From an uncultured Bifidobacteriaceae bacterium (GTDB taxonomy: Bacteria; Verrucomicrobiota; Verrucomicrobiia; Limisphaerales; UBA11358): 64,000 nt of DNA. Shown here piece by piece: positions 59,596 to 64,000 of this stretch (position 1 is its first letter; every line of letters starts with the position of its first letter). The stretch lies in NCBI GenBank assembly GCA_964532525.1, contig CAZHIM010000014.1, forward strand, positions 19,552-83,551, written 5' to 3'. A program made the position numbers and the translations under genes. The notes under the pieces were generated by a model. It did no database searches. It was not told the origin of the DNA and saw nothing but the letters and a program-made list of their open reading frames with translations.

Positions 59596-61771
59596 CGAAC
59601 TGTCACAGGTGGCAGACTCATTGGAACGGCTTGGCACGGTTCCAGGGTCACGCCATCCGCGGATCAACCCAATGGGCAAGAACAGAGACTTGATTGTTGT
59701 ACTGTTGGGCGGATCTGGCAATCCTTTACGCCTTGAGGTTCTGTCCGGCGAAATTGCCGCAAACTTGTTCCGTATTGAGCACGGTTCAGCCGGTTCGAGC
59801 TTTCCCGGTTTTAACATTCCATCTCCGTTACGGTGGCTTGATGACGCTCTCGTGACGGAATTGAGACCGGCTGTTGAGAAGCTGCTTGCACTCGGCAAGA
59901 ATAAAAACTCCAGCGCAGCAGAAATTGCGCAAGCCGTTCTTGTGCTGTTTAGGCTCTCCAAGCCAGCTGTTTTCAGCGCGAGCCAAGAGAAGCAGTTCTA
60001 CCGATCATGTTCCGAATTGACTTCAGAACTCAACGAATGGCTGCCTCGCGAAATGGCGGAGCTGAAGAATTTTACGACGCTGGTGGAAACGGTTGCAAAA
60101 TCGAAGCCGACGCTGCCTGCATTCGCAGAGTCGCTTACGGGCTTGATGGTGAGTCAAAACGCTGAACCTGACCGCATGATGTTGCTGCTGTTTCAGAAAG
60201 TTTTATTCGGAACACTTGATTGGAAAAAACGCGCTCCCGAGATTGGGTCGCCTGACTATTGGAATGAGAAGGCCAGGCAGGACAAAAACGCCAACCAGCC
60301 AATTTATCTCGACTTGGCGTCGCCAGATATGGTCTTTTGCAGAGTTGCCCATTCAAAGACGAGTGCACTCGTCAATGAGGCCCTTATCCGAACCGAGTCC
60401 AAGGTCTCCGACTGTGAGCCGGAACAAAGGAACTTGACAGAAGACGCCTTCGGCGAAACAGCAGTGTTGCAGGACAAATTTCCACCCGGGCCGAAAGTTG
60501 CGGAACTTGGCAACGTAAAACTATTTTCAGTGAATACCAACGAGGTACAGGCGTTACAGCGGTATCGCTTCAAAGGTTCGCAATCATTTCCAGTTTCGTC
60601 GGCGCGAGTTCAGAAGATGAGTGACGCGTTGCTTTATCTCGCGAGCGAAGATAAGCGTGGCATCACCTGCCGCGCTATACCAAGCGCGCAACCGGACAAA
60701 CGCGACCTGCTCGTTGCCTACTTGGAAGGTGAACCGACAAATCGCACCCAACTGGCGGAAATGTTTGGAGGCGAGGCAAACAAATTTTCGGATGCCGATT
60801 TCGAAGAGATTGCCAGGCCAGTTTTGGAGATGCTTGACGGCAAAGTGGCAGCCAACCCAAATCTCAGTGTTCGGCTGCTGGCGTTCTGCCCGATAGACAA
60901 GGCCAAGAAACAAATTAGCCTTAACCGACGCCTGCGTGTAGGCGATGTTGTCAGGGCGGCACGGGATTGGGAAATGGGCGCACGCAACGTACCTGAAATC
61001 TCTGTTTGGTTCTACGACAAGAACGCCAGACAATCTGTTTTCCGCTCACACACCGCGCCTTGTCCGCTCGAATTGGCATCGGTCGTCAACCGCGTTTGGA
61101 GCGCGGACGCTAAGAGTGGCTTCCAATCCACTTACCAGCGGGCGCTTTCTGTCGCCGACGCCTACGATGTATTTCTTGCGGACACGCCAGTTGCGCAGGA
61201 AAAGACGCGGACCGCCTTGGGATTGCTCATAACTCGAATGAGAACGGTGTTGATCGCCCTCGGCGCGGCAAAAACCGCCCGGGAGTGGACTGCTTTGAGC
61301 GATACTGTTCGCTGGCAGTCAGTCAAAACATTCGCCCTTCTCGGAATTCTCCTCCATCAGCTCAAACACCAAAGAAAGAACTTTATGCAAGAATCCATCA
61401 CTCACGTCGGACGGTTGCTCGCCTTGGCAGACAGCTTGCACCAGCAATATTGCAAACATGTGCGTAAGGGCGAATCACCCTCGCAACTCATCGGTAATGC
61501 CCTTTTCAACACCGCGCTCGACCAACCGGTCTTCGCGTTGGCTCGGTTGGCGGAGCGATTGGCTCCCTATCAAGCTTGGGCGCGGACTTTCCAGAGCAAT
61601 GATCCGGAAGCAGGCGTCGGGTTGATAAAATATTTCCTTGGCGAAATCGCCACCTGCACCGCTGCGATCCAATTGAACGAATTGCCCCAGCGTATGACCG
61701 ACATTGACAAAGCGAAACTCTTGCTCGGCTATCTGGCAGACCACCCCAAAAGCGAAACTTCGAAACAATAA
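59588..61771 (+). CDS. cas8c: CRISPR-associated large subunit, Cas8c (Csd1)-like
   Basis: Positioned between cas5 and cas7, with an 8-nt overlap with cas5. The C-terminal helical region VGRLLALADSLHQQ...LIGNALFNTALDQP...LPQRMTDIDKAKLLLGYL parallels the conserved Cas8c tail (GRLFAVLE..Q ... F.MGYY). At 727 aa it is longer than typical Csd1. Confidence 0.7.
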   Translation: MLNELSQVADSLERLGTVPGSRHPRINPMGKNRDLIVVLLGGSGNPLRLEVLSGEIAANLFRIEHGSAGSSFPGFNIPSPLRWLDDALVTELRPAVEKLLALGKNKNSSAAEIAQAVLVLFRLSKPAVFSASQEKQFYRSCSELTSELNEWLPREMAELKNFTTLVETVAKSKPTLPAFAESLTGLMVSQNAEPDRMMLLLFQKVLFGTLDWKKRAPEIGSPDYWNEKARQDKNANQPIYLDLASPDMVFCRVAHSKTSALVNEALIRTESKVSDCEPEQRNLTEDAFGETAVLQDKFPPGPKVAELGNVKLFSVNTNEVQALQRYRFKGSQSFPVSSARVQKMSDALLYLASEDKRGITCRAIPSAQPDKRDLLVAYLEGEPTNRTQLAEMFGGEANKFSDADFEEIARPVLEMLDGKVAANPNLSVRLLAFCPIDKAKKQISLNRRLRVGDVVRAARDWEMGARNVPEISVWFYDKNARQSVFRSHTAPCPLELASVVNRVWSADAKSGFQSTYQRALSVADAYDVFLADTPVAQEKTRTALGLLITRMRTVLIALGAAKTAREWTALSDTVRWQSVKTFALLGILLHQLKHQRKNFMQESITHVGRLLALADSLHQQYCKHVRKGESPSQLIGNALFNTALDQPVFALARLAERLAPYQAWARTFQSNDPEAGVGLIKYFLGEIATCTAAIQLNELPQRMTDIDKAKLLLGYLADHPKSETSKQ

Positions 61772-61795
61772 TCCGACCCAAAACTGATTCAATTT

Positions 61796-62695
61796 ATGAG
61801 CACAACCAAAGACAACAACCTTGTCCCCCGTATTACTGGACTCCTGATTTTGGAGGTCCGCAAATCCAACCCGAACGGCGACCCGGAGCGCGAGAGTTCC
61901 CCGCGCCAGCGCCCGGATGGCAAAGGCGAAATTTCGCCCGTCTCCGTGAAACGAAAACTCCGCGACCTCGTTCTTGAAAAGGAAGGTGTTGTCTGGGAAG
62001 AAATCAAGAAAGAGCTTGGCCTTGATGACAACCGCTTCCAAATTTTGGAGAGTCGAGGACGTAACCGCGAAGAGATCAAAAAGAAAATGGAGCCGAAAGA
62101 CGGCAAAATCGGCCAGGAGTTTATAGACGCCTATTGGGATGGGCGTCTTTTTGGCAACACGTTTCTTGAGGAAGGCGGAGCGGACACAATTCGTGCTGGC
62201 GTCGCCCATTTTGGCGTGGGAGTTTCCATCGCCCCGGTTGAAATCGAATTCTCAACTTGGACCAGCAAGTCCGGCGTTGAAACTGGAAAAGATCGTGGCA
62301 TGGCGCCAATGGCTTTTCGCGTTGTCAAGCACGGGCTTTATGCCGTTCCGTTTTTCGTGAACGCGAACCAAGCGCACAAGACCGGGTGCACGAAGCAGGA
62401 CGTGGACTTGATGTTGCACCTGCTAAAGCATACCTACGCCAGCACTCGCTCGGTTGTCCGCTCGATGGTCGAGGTCGTTCACGCTCATACGCTCACCCAC
62501 AAGAGCCGCGCAGGTTCGGTTTCTGATTTCGCTTTCATTGACGCCTTCACACCAAAGAAGCTCGAAAAGCCTTCAGAGTCGCTGGCGGATTACGGCGTGC
62601 TTCCAACATGGGAGAAGATCAAAGACCAGACCATCCGCCCCGACAGTAACGTTACGTTCGCGCAATGCGGTGAATACCACGACTACGCTTTGTGA
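61796..62695 (+). CDS. cas7: CRISPR-associated protein Cas7, Csd2/DevR family (I-C/I-B type)
   Basis: LILEVRKSNPNGDPERESSPRQRPDGKGEISPVSVKRKLRDLV contains the SNPNGDP...KRK(I/L)R signature of this family. Confidence 0.8.
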   Translation: MSTTKDNNLVPRITGLLILEVRKSNPNGDPERESSPRQRPDGKGEISPVSVKRKLRDLVLEKEGVVWEEIKKELGLDDNRFQILESRGRNREEIKKKMEPKDGKIGQEFIDAYWDGRLFGNTFLEEGGADTIRAGVAHFGVGVSIAPVEIEFSTWTSKSGVETGKDRGMAPMAFRVVKHGLYAVPFFVNANQAHKTGCTKQDVDLMLHLLKHTYASTRSVVRSMVEVVHAHTLTHKSRAGSVSDFAFIDAFTPKKLEKPSESLADYGVLPTWEKIKDQTIRPDSNVTFAQCGEYHDYAL

Positions 62696-64000
62696 GCGAA
62701 CCCGCGACCAAGCTTGAGCCGCTTGCCCACAGCGCCCGCGATGGGGCACCGGAACAGTCGTATAGCGACCATGCCGGGAATGTCCTTCGTGATGCAACAG
62801 GGTTTGCGCGGGCAGCGGTCGCGTTGTCACCCAAGTGGTGCGGTTCGTTTGTGGCGGCGGTCGAGCGGGCGGCGGCTTACCATGACCTCGGCAAATTGGA
62901 CGAGTTGTTTCAAGAAGTTCTACGCCACAATCGAAAGAACAAGCACGGATTCAATCACGTCGAAGGGGGTACAGCGCATTTGCTGCGCATAAAGCAATTT
63001 GAAGCGGCGTTTACTGCCTATGGTCACCACATCGGGTTGCCGTCGTTTCCCAAGGAAAAGGCCAAGTTTGCCAACGGTCACAATCTCGTGTTTCGCGACA
63101 CGGGCGAACTTGATGGGTTGGAGCAAGCCGCATGGCAGCGAACCGAGGAACATCTGGAAAGCTATTTGTGCCAGCATCACAAATTGCTTGCTCCCATTTC
63201 GCCAGTAGCTAACCAACACTTTACTGGTTTGGTGCGCCGCCTTGCCTTGTCCTGCCTGGTGGACGCCGACCACTCGGATACGGCGCGGCATTACCGGAAC
63301 GAGCGCGAAGTGCCCAGCCCGGATTTGCGCCCGGCGGAGCGTTTGGCGCGGTTGGATGAATATGTGGCCGGTTTGTCCGCGAAGAACCCGCCGGCAAATG
63401 ACAGGGAGCGACAGCGGCTGAAATTACGGCAGTTGGTGTATAGTGCGTGCCGTGAGAGAAAACTTGGCGACGGGGAGCACATTCTTGCGTGTGATAGCCC
63501 CGTTGGCACAGGCAAAACTACGGCAGTCATGGCACATCTCTTGCGCATGGCGGCGGAGCGGAAATTGCGTCGCGTGTTCGTCGTGCTACCGTTTACCAAT
63601 ATAATTGACCAATCGGTGGACGTTTATCGCCGTGCGTTGTGTCTAGCCGGGGAGTCCATGGAGGCAATGGAGAACGTGGTAGCCGCCCATCATCATCGCG
63701 TGGATTTCTCAAGCTATGAGGCACGATGTCTTGCCGCGCGCTGGGATTCACCCATTGTCGTCACCACTGCCGTCCAGTTCTTTGAGACGCTCGCCGCTTG
63801 TGACACAGCTTCTTTGCGTAAACTTCACCAGGTAGCTGGCAGCGCAATTTTTGTGGATGAGGCGCACGCTGCTGTTCCGCCCGCACTTTGGCCGCAAATG
63901 TTTCGCTGGTTGCGGGAACTTTGCGACGACTGGGGTTGCCATCTTGTGCTGGCTTCCGGCACTTTGCCGCGTTTCTGGAATCGTCCCGGATTCCTTAGGG
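62692..64000 (+). CDS. cas3: CRISPR-associated nuclease/helicase Cas3 (HD domain + DEAH helicase; 3' end beyond window)
   Basis: Not in the ORF track because it has no stop in the window. GTG at 62692 overlaps the cas7 stop (GTGA). My translation gives VSEPATKLEPLAHSARDG...AAYHDLGKLDELFQ...LVDADHSD (HD nuclease), then CDSPVGTGKTTAVMAHLL (Walker A) and IFVDEAH (DEAH). Confidence 0.85.
   Translation, partial: MSEPATKLEPLAHSARDGAPEQSYSDHAGNVLRDATGFARAAVALSPKWCGSFVAAVERAAAYHDLGKLDELFQEVLRHNRKNKHGFNHVEGGTAHLLRIKQFEAAFTAYGHHIGLPSFPKEKAKFANGHNLVFRDTGELDGLEQAAWQRTEEHLESYLCQHHKLLAPISPVANQHFTGLVRRLALSCLVDADHSDTARHYRNEREVPSPDLRPAERLARLDEYVAGLSAKNPPANDRERQRLKLRQLVYSACRERKLGDGEHILACDSPVGTGKTTAVMAHLLRMAAERKLRRVFVVLPFTNIIDQSVDVYRRALCLAGESMEAMENVVAAHHHRVDFSSYEARCLAARWDSPIVVTTAVQFFETLAACDTASLRKLHQVAGSAIFVDEAHAAVPPALWPQMFRWLRELCDDWGCHLVLASGTLPRFWNRPGFLR

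Overview
High-GC bacterial chromosomal segment. Gene content and repeat families suggest a PVC/Verrucomicrobia-like genome, but that is inference only.

Positions 1-54.5 kb look like core chromosome:
- a minus-strand TonB cluster: small His/Cys-motif protein, two TonB-dependent receptors, tonB, exbB, two exbD, a coiled-coil protein and a GT39-like membrane glycosyltransferase that runs off the left edge
- purC
- a 1312-aa beta-helix/LamG exoprotein
- a DUF748 protein
- a sulfate-assimilation operon (cysI-cysH-cysD-cysN)
- a GH2-like glycosidase bracketed by ~150-nt direct repeats
- a low-GC islet holding a MITE-like element
- an eboE-like/UbiA prenyltransferase pair
- an mdtABC-type RND efflux operon with its outer-membrane factor
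- a consensus sigma-54 promoter ahead of a lipoprotein / histidine kinase / NtrC-type activator unit
- a 1466-aa BACON+NHL exoprotein bracketed by identical 70-nt repeats
- ygjV, a B12-binding radical SAM gene and a TMTC-like TPR membrane protein

Several families of REP-like palindromic repeats fill the intergenic spaces.

From tRNA-Val (54.6 kb) to the right edge the sequence becomes visibly more A/T-rich and accessory. It carries a tyrosine integrase, a serine recombinase cassette with AT-rich dyads and flanking inverted repeats, and a decayed IS256-family transposase. These are followed by a type I-C-like CRISPR-Cas effector operon in the unusual order cas5-cas8c-cas7-cas3, with cas3 running off the right edge. 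No CRISPR array and no cas1/cas2/cas4 are visible in the window.

Many long ORFs in the supplied track are antisense shadow ORFs typical of high-GC DNA and were not called.
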